DNA of 64,000 nt from a virus: IMG/VR virus record IMGVR_UViG_3300047546_001881, positions 1 through 64,000 of that record; one strand, 5' to 3'. Below are positions 44,964 through 54,783 of this stretch, in pieces (the stretch's first letter is position 1; each line of letters begins with the position of its first letter). The translations under genes were made by a program, and so were the position numbers. The notes below the pieces were generated by a model that saw only the letters and a program-made list of their open reading frames with translations, did no database searches and was not told the DNA's origin.

Positions 44964-47453
44964 ATGTACATTACTAATCTAGAAGAAACAATCTCTGTTT
45001 TACGCTCCAAACTCAGAGATTATCTTGTTATAAAGAAAGGTGTCCGTTCTAATGCAAAGAAGATGCAATGCTTTGTTCATCACGATAGTGATCCAAGTAT
45101 GCACTTCAATCCTAAAACTAATGAAGAGACAATCAAGTGCTTTTCCTGTGGATGGCACGGAGATATCTTTGCAGCAGCTGCAGTCATTGAAGGGCTTCCT
45201 TCTAATGGTGGTGACTGGCTACAAGTTACTGTACCTTCATTATGTGAAACGCTTGGAATTAGCGTTTCACTTGGAGAACCTTCTCCTGCTGATAGAGAGA
45301 AGATTAAATTAAAAAGACTCTTGCAAGATACTAAAGATATTCTCTCTGTTGAATCCCAGACCAATCCTTATGTTTCTCAAAGAAATTGGCAGCAAGATTT
45401 ACTCCCTGCCTATTCTATAGATGAAGATGTACTAATTTCTAAATTAGTACAGAAAGGTTGGACTGCAGAAGAGGTAACTCTTTCTGGAGCAATTAAAACA
45501 AGATATATTTCTTTGTTCTCAGAACAAGCAATTACTTTTATTATCAATGACCCGTATGGTCATCCAATAGGTTTTGTTTCTAGACCAATAAATCCTAATG
45601 GTAAAGCAAAATATATTAACTCTCCAGAGTCTTCTCTTTATACTAAAGGAGAAACTTTACTTGGTCTTGATACAGCAATTAAAGCTGGTGAAGCCAAGAC
45701 AAATGGTTTGTATATTGTAGAAGGTCCAGGAGACCTAGCTCAGCTTTACAGAACAGGTGTAAAAAATGCTGCTGCTGTTTGCGGCACAGCATTAACAGAA
45801 AAGCATATTGTTATTCTTAAATCTCTTGGTATAAGAAAAATATTCTTGTGCTTGGACTGGGATAATCCAGGTATCTTAGCAACGCAAAGAATACTTGAAA
45901 CAGTCATAGGTGCTACTAGTGGTGTATCTGTAAGTGTTGTTGGTAAGCCAGATAACTCTACAGCAACTGATCCAGATGAGTTCTTAAAGAATGTAGAAGA
46001 TAAAAATGATAGACCTTTCTTAGAGCTAGAAAGAAAAACTGCTTTTGAATGGCAGCTATCTCAGACATCAGAAAATGATTCGCCAGATGTTATCTGTCAA
46101 CGAATGATTCCAAGTATTGCTGCCGAAGAAGCAGCAATACGCAGAGAAATTCTTATCAATGCTTTGCAAGAGCATACAGGTATTAGTCGGCAAGCAATCT
46201 TAACTGATGTTAATGCACTAAGAGATGATTCATTTAATAAGCGTAAAGAGCAACTAACTTCAGCTGCAGAGCTGTATCTACAGTCAGTCAGAGAAGATCC
46301 AGAAAATATCCAAGCTCACGTATCTGCTCACGAAGCTAAGATTCATAATATCGAGAAAGAGTTTAGAAAGCATAGCGTAGGTATCAACTACCAGCTTTCT
46401 AGATATGAAGCTACACAAGAAAGACGCATGATCTCAGATCATGACGTTAACATGAGTACCTTCAACATGAATCATCATAGAGACTTTGCAGAAGCAATGA
46501 GCGGAGGTATGCCCTGGACAACTGGTTGCTTGATGTATGTTGGCGGTAGAGCTAACTCAGGCAAGACAGCAACTGTTCTTTCTATGGGTTGCGATGTAGC
46601 TTTGTCTGATGAAAATGCAATTGTAATTATTCATGCAACAGATGACAGTTATGAGCAAATTGAGCCAAGACTAAAGACCAATATCTTTGGAATGATTTCT
46701 CAAAGAAACGAGAAGCTTACTATTGGTATGGTTGTTCAGCCTCACTCTCAGTTACCTCAAAACTCTGAAGTATATCAGTCAATGTATGACGAAGCTGACA
46801 CTCTAATGAAAGAGTTAATAACTAGCGAACGACTAGTTATTATTGATTCAGAAGATGGCAATACTTTATCTGTTCTTGAGAAGAATGTCAGATACTACAG
46901 ACAAAGATATCCAGGCAAGAAGCTACTCCTTATTTGTGACAACACTCACAACTATATGGATTATATTAATATGGATCAGTCAACACGAATGACTTTTATT
47001 AGTAATCAGCAAAAGCTGATTACTGTAAAGTATCAGTGTTGTATGATTGCTACTGCAGAATACAGAAAGAATATGCCAATGGATCAGAGCAAAATGCGTC
47101 TACCTGTAGACGATGATCTTGCTGATGCAAGAGCATTGATGTACAGACCAAACGTTATCTTTCATGTATACAACGACATACATGATAGAAAAGAATTTGC
47201 TGAAATCTTCTGGAGAGATCAAGCAGGTAGAATAATGCCAAGACTTATGCTACATTTTACTAAGAACAAGATATCTGGCTTTAAAGATAAGCTTATTCTT
47301 GATCTAGATCCTCAGACTGTTTCTTTGACTCCAAAGAAATCTTTTGATGCTCTAAGAGAAGCAGAGTCATATATTGACATGAAAGAATCTGGTACTGCTA
47401 AGATACAAGGACACAATATTGTGTACTTAGAGGCTAATGAATATGAAGAATGA
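44964..47453 (+). CDS. primase-helicase fusion (CHC2 Zn finger, TOPRIM, DnaB-like)
   Basis: CFVH..CFSC, KYINSPES, VEGPGD, DWD, DPDE, GRANSGKT, KNK. Confidence 0.88.
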   Translation: MYITNLEETISVLRSKLRDYLVIKKGVRSNAKKMQCFVHHDSDPSMHFNPKTNEETIKCFSCGWHGDIFAAAAVIEGLPSNGGDWLQVTVPSLCETLGISVSLGEPSPADREKIKLKRLLQDTKDILSVESQTNPYVSQRNWQQDLLPAYSIDEDVLISKLVQKGWTAEEVTLSGAIKTRYISLFSEQAITFIINDPYGHPIGFVSRPINPNGKAKYINSPESSLYTKGETLLGLDTAIKAGEAKTNGLYIVEGPGDLAQLYRTGVKNAAAVCGTALTEKHIVILKSLGIRKIFLCLDWDNPGILATQRILETVIGATSGVSVSVVGKPDNSTATDPDEFLKNVEDKNDRPFLELERKTAFEWQLSQTSENDSPDVICQRMIPSIAAEEAAIRREILINALQEHTGISRQAILTDVNALRDDSFNKRKEQLTSAAELYLQSVREDPENIQAHVSAHEAKIHNIEKEFRKHSVGINYQLSRYEATQERRMISDHDVNMSTFNMNHHRDFAEAMSGGMPWTTGCLMYVGGRANSGKTATVLSMGCDVALSDENAIVIIHATDDSYEQIEPRLKTNIFGMISQRNEKLTIGMVVQPHSQLPQNSEVYQSMYDEADTLMKELITSERLVIIDSEDGNTLSVLEKNVRYYRQRYPGKKLLLICDNTHNYMDYINMDQSTRMTFISNQQKLITVKYQCCMIATAEYRKNMPMDQSKMRLPVDDDLADARALMYRPNVIFHVYNDIHDRKEFAEIFWRDQAGRIMPRLMLHFTKNKISGFKDKLILDLDPQTVSLTPKKSFDALREAESYIDMKESGTAKIQGHNIVYLEANEYEE

Positions 47454-47859
47454 TATAGATAAACCAGAGATATTAAATGGTATTTGTATTGGTCCAGAAC
47501 AGCTCTTAGCAGGAGAGGTTGAACCAGTAATCGTTGATAAAACTTGGGGAAGGGAACTCATCTATGCAAATGATGAAAGATATTGCGCTAAGGTTTTACA
47601 TATCGAACCAGGACAAGGTACTTCTCTTCACTTCCATATTAACAAGCATGAGACCATGCTTGTTATCAACGGATCTCTTCTTATTGAATACATACATGAC
47701 AAGAAACTTGTAACTAAAGTAGTAGAGCCAACAGAAGCTTTTGTCATTCCTCCTGGTTTACCTCATAAGCTCTCTTCTAATAGTAAAGATACTCCAGTTA
47801 CATTTGTAGAAGCATCAACCATTTCTCGCGATAGCGATTCAATTAGGATAAGCAAATGA
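47437..47859 (+). CDS. cupin (mannose-6-phosphate isomerase type II-like)
   Basis: VDKTWGRE, SLHFH..KHET, IPPG.PH, EAST. Confidence 0.8.
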   Translation: MNMKNDIDKPEILNGICIGPEQLLAGEVEPVIVDKTWGRELIYANDERYCAKVLHIEPGQGTSLHFHINKHETMLVINGSLLIEYIHDKKLVTKVVEPTEAFVIPPGLPHKLSSNSKDTPVTFVEASTISRDSDSIRISK

Positions 47860-48245
47860 AAGATAGTGACCTTGGTATTTACTGTGTTAATCATAAGAAG
47901 TTCTATTATTTAGAAAGTGGTGAAGTACCTTTTCCAAATCCAATAGCTAAGTTACGTAGTACTCTTCAGCAAAGAAACTTAATTGATTTTACACCTGAAA
48001 GCTACATGGATACATCAAACTATTTAGTTAAAACTATTCGTGAAGCAAGAGCTAATAACTGGGAAATGGAACGGATCTTTGCAAGCACTTATATTAAGCA
48101 ACTGTTTGCCGAAAGAGAAGCAGCTGCTACTGCTACTACAAGTACATCTGCAGAAAGCAGTTGGGGTAAAAAGCCTGTAGCTCCAGCTACAGAGACTGTT
48201 GCAACAGATAAGAAGCAAAGTAAAAAGGCAGCTTCAGCTAGCTGA
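47856..48245 (+). CDS. hypothetical protein
   Basis: 129-aa ORF with low-complexity tail. Confidence 0.5.
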   Translation: MKDSDLGIYCVNHKKFYYLESGEVPFPNPIAKLRSTLQQRNLIDFTPESYMDTSNYLVKTIREARANNWEMERIFASTYIKQLFAEREAAATATTSTSAESSWGKKPVAPATETVATDKKQSKKAASAS

Positions 48246-48253
48246 AACAGAAT

Positions 48254-49093
48254 ATGAAAAAGTTTAAAGATATAGTCTTTGCTATTAATCTTACTATTAT
48301 ATTAATTACTTTTTCTTTTGTTGCTGGAATCTTCTTTCAAAAGAGGATAGGAGGTCAAAGCGGAACTACTTTAAATACTGAACCCCAAAAGGTTCAGTAT
48401 CAAGAGTACGACTACGATGATCTCCTATCCTCAATGGAAGATGAGAACTATAGACTCCAAGAGCTAATAGACTTGTATGAATCTACTCCTGAAAAGATTA
48501 AATACATAACTAAAACTGAAACTATTATTAAAGGCGGCGAAACTGTAATTGTTCGCATTCCTGAAAACAAGATAGAATCTTATACTTTTCAGTTTGAAAA
48601 CGGTATGCCAGTAGCTCTCTTTACTGCAACAGATAAAGAGTACTTATATAAAGTATACGATTTAAGTTTAACTACAGATATTCTATTAGCTGAGAAAGAT
48701 GCTGTAGTTATAGTAACTGGTGTTTCTTCTTCTGATCCTAATAAAGCTTACCAGCTACCTACTAAAGTTACATTGAAGAAAGCTGTAGAAAAGAAAAAGA
48801 TCATAGATCCAAATCTTTATTTGGGTTTTACTTTTGATTTAAATAAAAACTTAGATTCTCAAGTTTATGCATCAATTGGTCTACCTTTTATACATCCAAC
48901 ATCAAGTTTAGATTTAGCTACTCCAAGAGTCTCGTTTAATCGAGACTCTACTAAAATTGGTTTAGATATAGCTTCCTGGAACCTTGCAGAAGAACTACCC
49001 GTACTTAATGATATATGGGTTGGTCCTGGTGTCAGCAAGAATTTAACTGATAGTACCACTACTATAGATTTAACATTAGGAAGTAGATTTTGA
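48254..49093 (+). CDS. membrane-anchored protein with beta-rich C terminus (spanin-like?)
   Basis: N-terminal TM, coiled coil, amphipathic strands ending in F. Confidence 0.4.
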   Translation: MKKFKDIVFAINLTIILITFSFVAGIFFQKRIGGQSGTTLNTEPQKVQYQEYDYDDLLSSMEDENYRLQELIDLYESTPEKIKYITKTETIIKGGETVIVRIPENKIESYTFQFENGMPVALFTATDKEYLYKVYDLSLTTDILLAEKDAVVIVTGVSSSDPNKAYQLPTKVTLKKAVEKKKIIDPNLYLGFTFDLNKNLDSQVYASIGLPFIHPTSSLDLATPRVSFNRDSTKIGLDIASWNLAEELPVLNDIWVGPGVSKNLTDSTTTIDLTLGSRF

Positions 49094-49836
49094 TTCCAGC
49101 AAATGCAGGCAGCTGTTTAACTGAAGGTCAGCTTAGAGCTTATTTCAAATGTTCTAAGCTGTATTCTTACGGCGAAGAACTAAAGTATGAAGATGGTACA
49201 GCAATATTAAAGTCTGCAATAGAATACTTAATTACTAGATCTTTAAAAAAGGAAATATATGATCCATTTAAAGATTTAGAATATGCAGTCATGAAATCTA
49301 CAACTACTATTGCACAGAATAAAGGATTACTAGAAGGCCAAATAGATAGATTACTTCATTCCACAATCTTACATCTTAATGCCTTCTTTAAACTTTTTTC
49401 TTTTTCTACTTATCATCCTGTAATTGGTCCGCTAACTCTTAGACTAAAAGTAAGCAAGACTCCTATTACTTTAGAAGTCTCTGGTTTGTTTAGAAGCAAG
49501 AAGAATTCAACTATACATGCAGTATGTTTTACCCCATATGCATTAGAGCATGCAGCTCTAAATGATCCAGTTAATCTCTTGAAGATGAAAGTTCTTGAAC
49601 CTTACGTAGAGAAGCATACTCAAACTCAAAGAGCTAAAGTTAAACTTCACATCATTGGTGTTACAGAGAAAGGAACTTTTAATTACTTTACTATCGACAA
49701 TAACAGTGTAAATGATTCCTACTATAAACAAATAACTATAATGGTTAAGTGTTTAGAAGCAGGTAACTTCTACCCTGTACTACCATGCCCATGGGCATGT
49801 AAGCATAAAGCTGTTTGTTCTGGAGGAGTTAAATGA
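49090..49836 (+). CDS. degenerate Cas4/PD-(D/E)XK-like protein
   Basis: N-terminal C and C-terminal CPWACKHKAVC; catalytic motifs not evident. Confidence 0.45.
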   Translation: MIPANAGSCLTEGQLRAYFKCSKLYSYGEELKYEDGTAILKSAIEYLITRSLKKEIYDPFKDLEYAVMKSTTTIAQNKGLLEGQIDRLLHSTILHLNAFFKLFSFSTYHPVIGPLTLRLKVSKTPITLEVSGLFRSKKNSTIHAVCFTPYALEHAALNDPVNLLKMKVLEPYVEKHTQTQRAKVKLHIIGVTEKGTFNYFTIDNNSVNDSYYKQITIMVKCLEAGNFYPVLPCPWACKHKAVCSGGVK

Positions 49837-50135
49837 CAAATGCTTTTGGTACCCATTTCATTGTAATTAATGATGCACAACAAGTACTTAATCCAAAGAT
49901 ATTTTCTGGTGGCCCTTGGCTACACTTAGTATCTTTTGTTAGAGGTTTTAAAGAGTACATCTGCTTTAAACATGTACCAACTGATCAAGTATACATAGAG
50001 TCTGTAGATCCCACTTCTCCTACTTTGTTTCAGAAGATTGAATCTAATTCAGAGTTTGAAGACGCTCAAGACTTTCTAAGACAGAAAGGTTATTTAGACT
50101 TTTCTGTTAATAAGGAATTTAACGTTGCAAGGTAA
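49833..50135 (+). CDS. hypothetical protein
   Basis: 100-aa ORF, GGAGG RBS. Confidence 0.5.
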   Translation: MTNAFGTHFIVINDAQQVLNPKIFSGGPWLHLVSFVRGFKEYICFKHVPTDQVYIESVDPTSPTLFQKIESNSEFEDAQDFLRQKGYLDFSVNKEFNVAR

Positions 50136-50544
50136 AAAATGGAAGAATCAATTTAATACAATTGAGTCTGCATCTGTTTTGCACAATCATGTTAGATCTA
50201 TACTTGCTAATGATTCATTCTTTAAAAGAATGAATTGCTTTCAAGAAGTACCTGTTTCAGATTTAGTTCCAAGCTACTCTTCTAATGCACATAGAGTAGA
50301 TTGGTACATTCAACAATTAATGGCAATAATAGAAGTTCACGGTAAGCAACATTACGACTTACAGAACTTTGGAAACAAACCATACATTGAAGCACTAAAA
50401 GACTTCAATAATGGTAAGTATAGAGACAATATGAAAAAGACTGCTTTAATTGAAGCAGGCTTTATCTATGTAGAAGTTCCATACAACTTAGTTAAGAAGC
50501 TAACTGGTCCTTCTCTGAAAGAATTAATACTTAGCTTAAGGTGA
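50125..50544 (+). CDS. Vsr/DUF559-like endonuclease
   Basis: QE ... VDWY ... IEVHGKQH ... RDNMKK. Confidence 0.75.
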   Translation: MQGKKWKNQFNTIESASVLHNHVRSILANDSFFKRMNCFQEVPVSDLVPSYSSNAHRVDWYIQQLMAIIEVHGKQHYDLQNFGNKPYIEALKDFNNGKYRDNMKKTALIEAGFIYVEVPYNLVKKLTGPSLKELILSLR

Positions 50545-50547
50545 TAA

Positions 50548-50937
50548 ATGGCAAGTAGAGGAAGAGGCGCTAGAGCTAAAGGCGCAAACTTTGAAAGAAG
50601 TTTAGCTAAAATAATAACCGAATCTACATCTATAGAAGCTAGAAGAGGATTAGCTCAAACCAGAGGAGGTGGCGCTGAAGTATCTGACGTAGAAATGCCA
50701 AAGATACACATAGAAGCTAAAAGACAAAAGCGCTGCAATATTAGAGCTGCACTTGAACAAGCAATCAATGATTGCCAAGTAAATGGAAAGATTCCAGTAG
50801 CTGTTACTAAAGACGATAGAAAAGACGCATTAGTAACAATGCGTCTTGATGACTGGCTTCCTATGCTTGATGCATATCTGGAACAAGATGTACAAGAAGC
50901 TACCAACAAATCAGAAACCACTGATAGCGAGTCCTGA
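50548..50937 (+). CDS. Holliday junction resolvase (Hjc-like PD-(D/E)XK)
   Basis: KGANFER, SD, HIEAKR, EQA. Confidence 0.8.
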   Translation: MASRGRGARAKGANFERSLAKIITESTSIEARRGLAQTRGGGAEVSDVEMPKIHIEAKRQKRCNIRAALEQAINDCQVNGKIPVAVTKDDRKDALVTMRLDDWLPMLDAYLEQDVQEATNKSETTDSES

Positions 50938-51565
50938 TGCAGATGAATTTGCTGCAGAATGGAAAGCTAAATGTGTTAATAAAAAGTCTGATTTAACTAG
51001 ATTATATGAACTCATCCTTCCCACGTTTAAAGCGTGGGAAGAGATGTTAGTTTCTGGCACCTATTCTAAGGATATTAATATCTTTACGATGGTTAGGTTA
51101 TTGTCTTCAGATCCACATATTTCAGACATGAAGATTAAAGCTTGGATTAAAGAAACAAAGATTAAGTCATCTATAGTAGATGAACTTACAATGTTATTCA
51201 TGACTACTATGAGAAGATATAGATTTGTTTCTCAAACAAATTCTTCTAATATGGTTGAGTATATTGTAATCAGAGATATAAAATTTGCTTTAAAGGACTT
51301 GATCAATAGTTCTTGGGCAAGAGTAAAGCATCGAAAATCTTTCGGCTATTACTTAAAAGGAGAATACGAAGACTCTTATTATCAGGAGTTGCCCGATTAC
51401 TTCCTTTTATATATACTTAGAAAAGATCGTTGGCTTAACTATTTGTCTACCTTAATCCTTGAAGGATATACTACTTACGAAAGATCAGACATAGTTCAAA
51501 TTAAAAGACAGAACTTATTTGCAGAGGAAAAGAAATTATGGCTCTTACTAAAAGACAAGCTATAG
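50888..51565 (+). CDS. possible divergent sigma-factor-like / HTH protein
   Basis: C-terminal EGYTTYERSDIVQIKRQNL resembles a region-4 HTH. Confidence 0.3.
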   Translation: MYKKLPTNQKPLIASPDADEFAAEWKAKCVNKKSDLTRLYELILPTFKAWEEMLVSGTYSKDINIFTMVRLLSSDPHISDMKIKAWIKETKIKSSIVDELTMLFMTTMRRYRFVSQTNSSNMVEYIVIRDIKFALKDLINSSWARVKHRKSFGYYLKGEYEDSYYQELPDYFLLYILRKDRWLNYLSTLILEGYTTYERSDIVQIKRQNLFAEEKKLWLLLKDKL

Positions 51566-52035
51566 AGTTTGAAAGTTCACCTAACATGGTTAGTAACCAG
51601 CAAGCTCTTGTTAAAAGAATTATTAACAGCGAACCAAGAACTACTATAAAGAGAGTAATACCTGGTGGCGCAACTATTACTGAGGACATCTCAGAGAAAG
51701 CACTTGCACCTACTATCTATACTTGGCTTAGACATTGTGCTCACTTTACTGAAGCTACAATTTCTTTTGCTAAAGATCCCTCAACTATTCATTGTTCAAA
51801 AGCTAAAGTTGTAGACTTTCAGACTACATCTAAGTATACAGAGTGGGAGCAAAGAGGTAAGCGCTGGCTTTCTGAACGAGTAGCAGATATCATTACTCGT
51901 AAGGGAGTTGTCTCTGTAGAGATTAAGAAAGATGGCATCTATCTAAATGTAGATAAGACCAACTCTTTCAATGCAGCTCACGAAGACTGGGAACCATATG
52001 TAGAGTTCTCTCCTTTCAAACCACCACAGTTTTAG
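51538..52035 (+). CDS. hypothetical protein
   Basis: 165-aa ORF. Confidence 0.55.
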   Translation: MALTKRQAIEFESSPNMVSNQQALVKRIINSEPRTTIKRVIPGGATITEDISEKALAPTIYTWLRHCAHFTEATISFAKDPSTIHCSKAKVVDFQTTSKYTEWEQRGKRWLSERVADIITRKGVVSVEIKKDGIYLNVDKTNSFNAAHEDWEPYVEFSPFKPPQF

Positions 52036-52043
52036 GAATCAAT

Positions 52044-52322
52044 ATGCAGTCAAAGTCTTTTCTTAATCTAGAAAAACAGATTAGAGCCGAAGTTAAAGAA
52101 CTAAAAGAGAAGCTAAATTCTTTGTCATCAGCCGCTGCTGAGGCAGCAGCTGAAGTAGCAGAAAAGGTAGTTGTTCCAGATCTAACAAAAGAGCTAGAAG
52201 CAGCTACACTTGCTAACGAAGAGCTAAAGAAAGAGAACACTTCACTAAAGAAGAAAGTCGCTACTCTTGAAAAGAAAGTAGAATCTCTAACTGCTGAAGT
52301 TAAAGAACTAAAAGCTTCTTGA
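52044..52322 (+). CDS. coiled-coil protein
   Basis: heptad repeats, AGGA RBS. Confidence 0.55.
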   Translation: MQSKSFLNLEKQIRAEVKELKEKLNSLSSAAAEAAAEVAEKVVVPDLTKELEAATLANEELKKENTSLKKKVATLEKKVESLTAEVKELKAS

Positions 52323-52341
52323 TAAACAAGTAGCACAAATT

Positions 52342-52375
52342 AAGAAACCAGTCGTAATGACTGGTTTCTTTTTTT
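52342..52375. terminator. terminator between convergent genes
   Basis: AAGAAACCAGTC / GACTGGTTTCTT plus T-run. Confidence 0.7.
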
Positions 52376-52385
52376 ATGAACTCAT

Positions 52386-52610
52386 TTATGTTAGTGGCTC
52401 TTCTTCTATTGCAGTTACTCTTTCTTCTAAAGCATCTAGTTTAACCATTACTTCTTGCTGTTTAGTTTGACTAATAACTAGTAGCTCGTGTACCTGACTT
52501 ACACTTGCTAATCTTGATATAGCAACGATTGCATCGTTAAGAGTATTTTCTAGAGCAGTAATACGAGATAAAAGATTATTGTATTTACTTTCTGTTAAGG
52601 TAAAAGACAT
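52386..52610 (-). CDS. small coiled-coil protein
   Basis: heptads. Confidence 0.5.
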   Translation of the reverse strand: MSFTLTESKYNNLLSRITALENTLNDAIVAISRLASVSQVHELLVISQTKQQEVMVKLDALEERVTAIEEEPLT

Positions 52611-52969
52611 TAAGACTCCAGTAGCTTTTTAAGTACTTCTATTGAAATAGCAACAGCGCCACCACCAACTCCACCATAAGCTAACTTCTCTGCAAATGTA
52701 ACTTGAAGTGTAGTCATATCTGATTCAAGTTTAGTTACTTTAGTTTCTATCTTACCTATATCACTCTTGACTTGATCTAATGACTGATTAGTTAGTGCTT
52801 GCTTAGATTTAGTTTCACTATAGTGACTAATCATATCATCTATCTTTTTAGATAGATTATCCAAGCTATTATCTATTTTGTTTTCAATAGTAGTAAGTCG
52901 ATATGTTAGTAAGTTAACTTCAATCTTGAAGTCTGAAATATCTTGCTGAGATTCGTTTGAATTAGACAT
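52610..52969 (-). CDS. coiled-coil protein with C-terminal TM (holin/XhlA-like)
   Basis: heptads then YGGVGGGAVAISI. Confidence 0.45.
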   Translation of the reverse strand: MSNSNESQQDISDFKIEVNLLTYRLTTIENKIDNSLDNLSKKIDDMISHYSETKSKQALTNQSLDQVKSDIGKIETKVTKLESDMTTLQVTFAEKLAYGGVGGGAVAISIEVLKKLLES

Positions 52970-53378
52970 CGTCTATCTCTTCCAGAGTGCTAAGAGTTGA
53001 ATCTATCTTGGCAAACTTTACATCAAACTCTTCTTTTATTTTATTGCTTTCATTAATAAAGTAAAAAAGATGTTCGATATTAGATACATGAAAAGCTTTA
53101 TCATCTACAAAGAGATCTGCATTTGGTTTACCAAAATAGATTTCGTCGTAAACAAAGCCCCATTCATCTAATTGTTCAAGAGTTAATTTGCCAATATTTT
53201 TAACGCAAACCCCTTGGTTAGAAGAGGCAGTAGCCATTCCTCTGGCAGTCTGAATTATAATAGTATGGTTCTCTTCTTTCAACTTTAACAGAAGCTCTTT
53301 AATACCTGGGAACGGACTTGCAGTTTCGTAAGGCTTACCAGTACACAAAGTATTATCTAAATCAAAACAAATTCTCAC
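52962..53378 (-). CDS. HAD-family phosphatase (capsule biosynthesis phosphatase-like)
   Basis: FDLDNTL, QTARG, FGKP, FVDDK; GTG start with AAGGAG RBS. Confidence 0.85.
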   Translation of the reverse strand: MRICFDLDNTLCTGKPYETASPFPGIKELLLKLKEENHTIIIQTARGMATASSNQGVCVKNIGKLTLEQLDEWGFVYDEIYFGKPNADLFVDDKAFHVSNIEHLFYFINESNKIKEEFDVKFAKIDSTLSTLEEIDDV

Positions 53379-53468
53379 AGCAGCTCCTTTGCTAGTAAAT
53401 AGCTTAGCTATTGCTATAAGAATTATTCTAAACAATAACTACCTTAATATAATAGGTGTAAAAGAATT

Positions 53469-53789
53469 ATGAAACAATCTGTCATAGATATAAAGCTTCT
53501 AAATTTAGAAGATAAGTTAGAAAACTTTGCAACAAGAATTAGTAATAATAATTACATTACTGAAATTGATTCTTCTCATTACAAAGCTTTAGAAATACTA
53601 TTTGATGAATACGGTCCTGAAGGTAGAACCTTTGCAGATGCTTTTGAAGGTTCAGATCTTTATTACACTTTATTAGACTTATATCAAAGCTTAAAACTTA
53701 ATCGTAGTTCACGTTTAGTAAAAGACTTACATTTGATTCAAAAAGATTATAACGAAATACTTGAAGACCTATTAGATGGTAAAGAATAA
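53469..53789 (+). CDS. hypothetical protein
   Basis: 106-aa ORF. Confidence 0.5.
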   Translation: MKQSVIDIKLLNLEDKLENFATRISNNNYITEIDSSHYKALEILFDEYGPEGRTFADAFEGSDLYYTLLDLYQSLKLNRSSRLVKDLHLIQKDYNEILEDLLDGKE

Positions 53790-53790
53790 G

Positions 53791-54783
53791 ATGAAGTCTA
53801 ATTATATTACAGTCATTACTGGTGTTACTGGACAAGATGGAAGTTACTTAGCAGAGTTACTACTAAAGTTTGGTTATACAGTAGTTGGTATTACAAGGCG
53901 TAAGAGCGTTAATTCTGGACTTGAAAATCTAACTAATGTAATAAATGATCCAAGATTTACATTGATTGAAGGAGACATTCTAGATCCAAGCTTCATTGTT
54001 AATGTTGTAACCAAGTACAAGCCTGCTGATTGGTATAATCTTGCGGCCCAATCAAACGTTGGTCATTCTTTTAAAGAACCTTCTTTAACTTTTGAAGTTA
54101 ATGCTAATGCAGTTCTAATACAACTAGAAGCTATTAGAATGTTTAGTCCAAGTACACGTTACTACCAAGCATCAACCAGTGAGCTTTGGGGAGGCCTCCA
54201 GTGTCCTAAAACTGGTTATAACGAGTCAATGGGCTTTCATCCTAGATCGCCTTACGGTGTATCTAAACTAGCTTCATATTGGACTGTAGTTAATTATAGA
54301 GAAGCTTATGGACTCTTTGCTTGTAACGGAATACTACATAACCATTCCTCTCCACGAAGAGGAATAGATTTTGCTACTAGAAAAATAACTCATGGAGTAG
54401 CAAAGGTAAAGCTGGGACTAGCAGATCATGTAGCTATGGGTGATCTATCAGCTTTTAGAGATGAGGGGCACTCAAAAGATTATGTAGAAGCTATGTGGCT
54501 AATGTTAACTGCAGAGCAACCTGCAGACTACGTCATTTCTACTGGCAGAGGAGCTTCTATATTTCAAATGTTTGACTTTGTTTGCAATTTAGCAGGTCTA
54601 AGATTTGAAGACGTTTACAGAGTTGACCAGCGTTTTATGAGGCCTTCCGAAGTTCCTTATTTGCTGGGAGATTCTACTCTAGCCAAAAGAGAACTTAAAT
54701 GGAGGCCAACTTATTCTTGGGAAACTTTATTAGAAGAAATGTATCTTAACGATCTTAAACTATTAACTTCTAATAATCTCTAA
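53791..54783 (+). CDS. gmd: GDP-mannose 4,6-dehydratase
   Basis: ITGVTGQDGSYLAE, YNLAAQS, QASTSE, PRSPYGVSK, NH.SPRR. Confidence 0.93.
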   Translation: MKSNYITVITGVTGQDGSYLAELLLKFGYTVVGITRRKSVNSGLENLTNVINDPRFTLIEGDILDPSFIVNVVTKYKPADWYNLAAQSNVGHSFKEPSLTFEVNANAVLIQLEAIRMFSPSTRYYQASTSELWGGLQCPKTGYNESMGFHPRSPYGVSKLASYWTVVNYREAYGLFACNGILHNHSSPRRGIDFATRKITHGVAKVKLGLADHVAMGDLSAFRDEGHSKDYVEAMWLMLTAEQPADYVISTGRGASIFQMFDFVCNLAGLRFEDVYRVDQRFMRPSEVPYLLGDSTLAKRELKWRPTYSWETLLEEMYLNDLKLLTSNNL

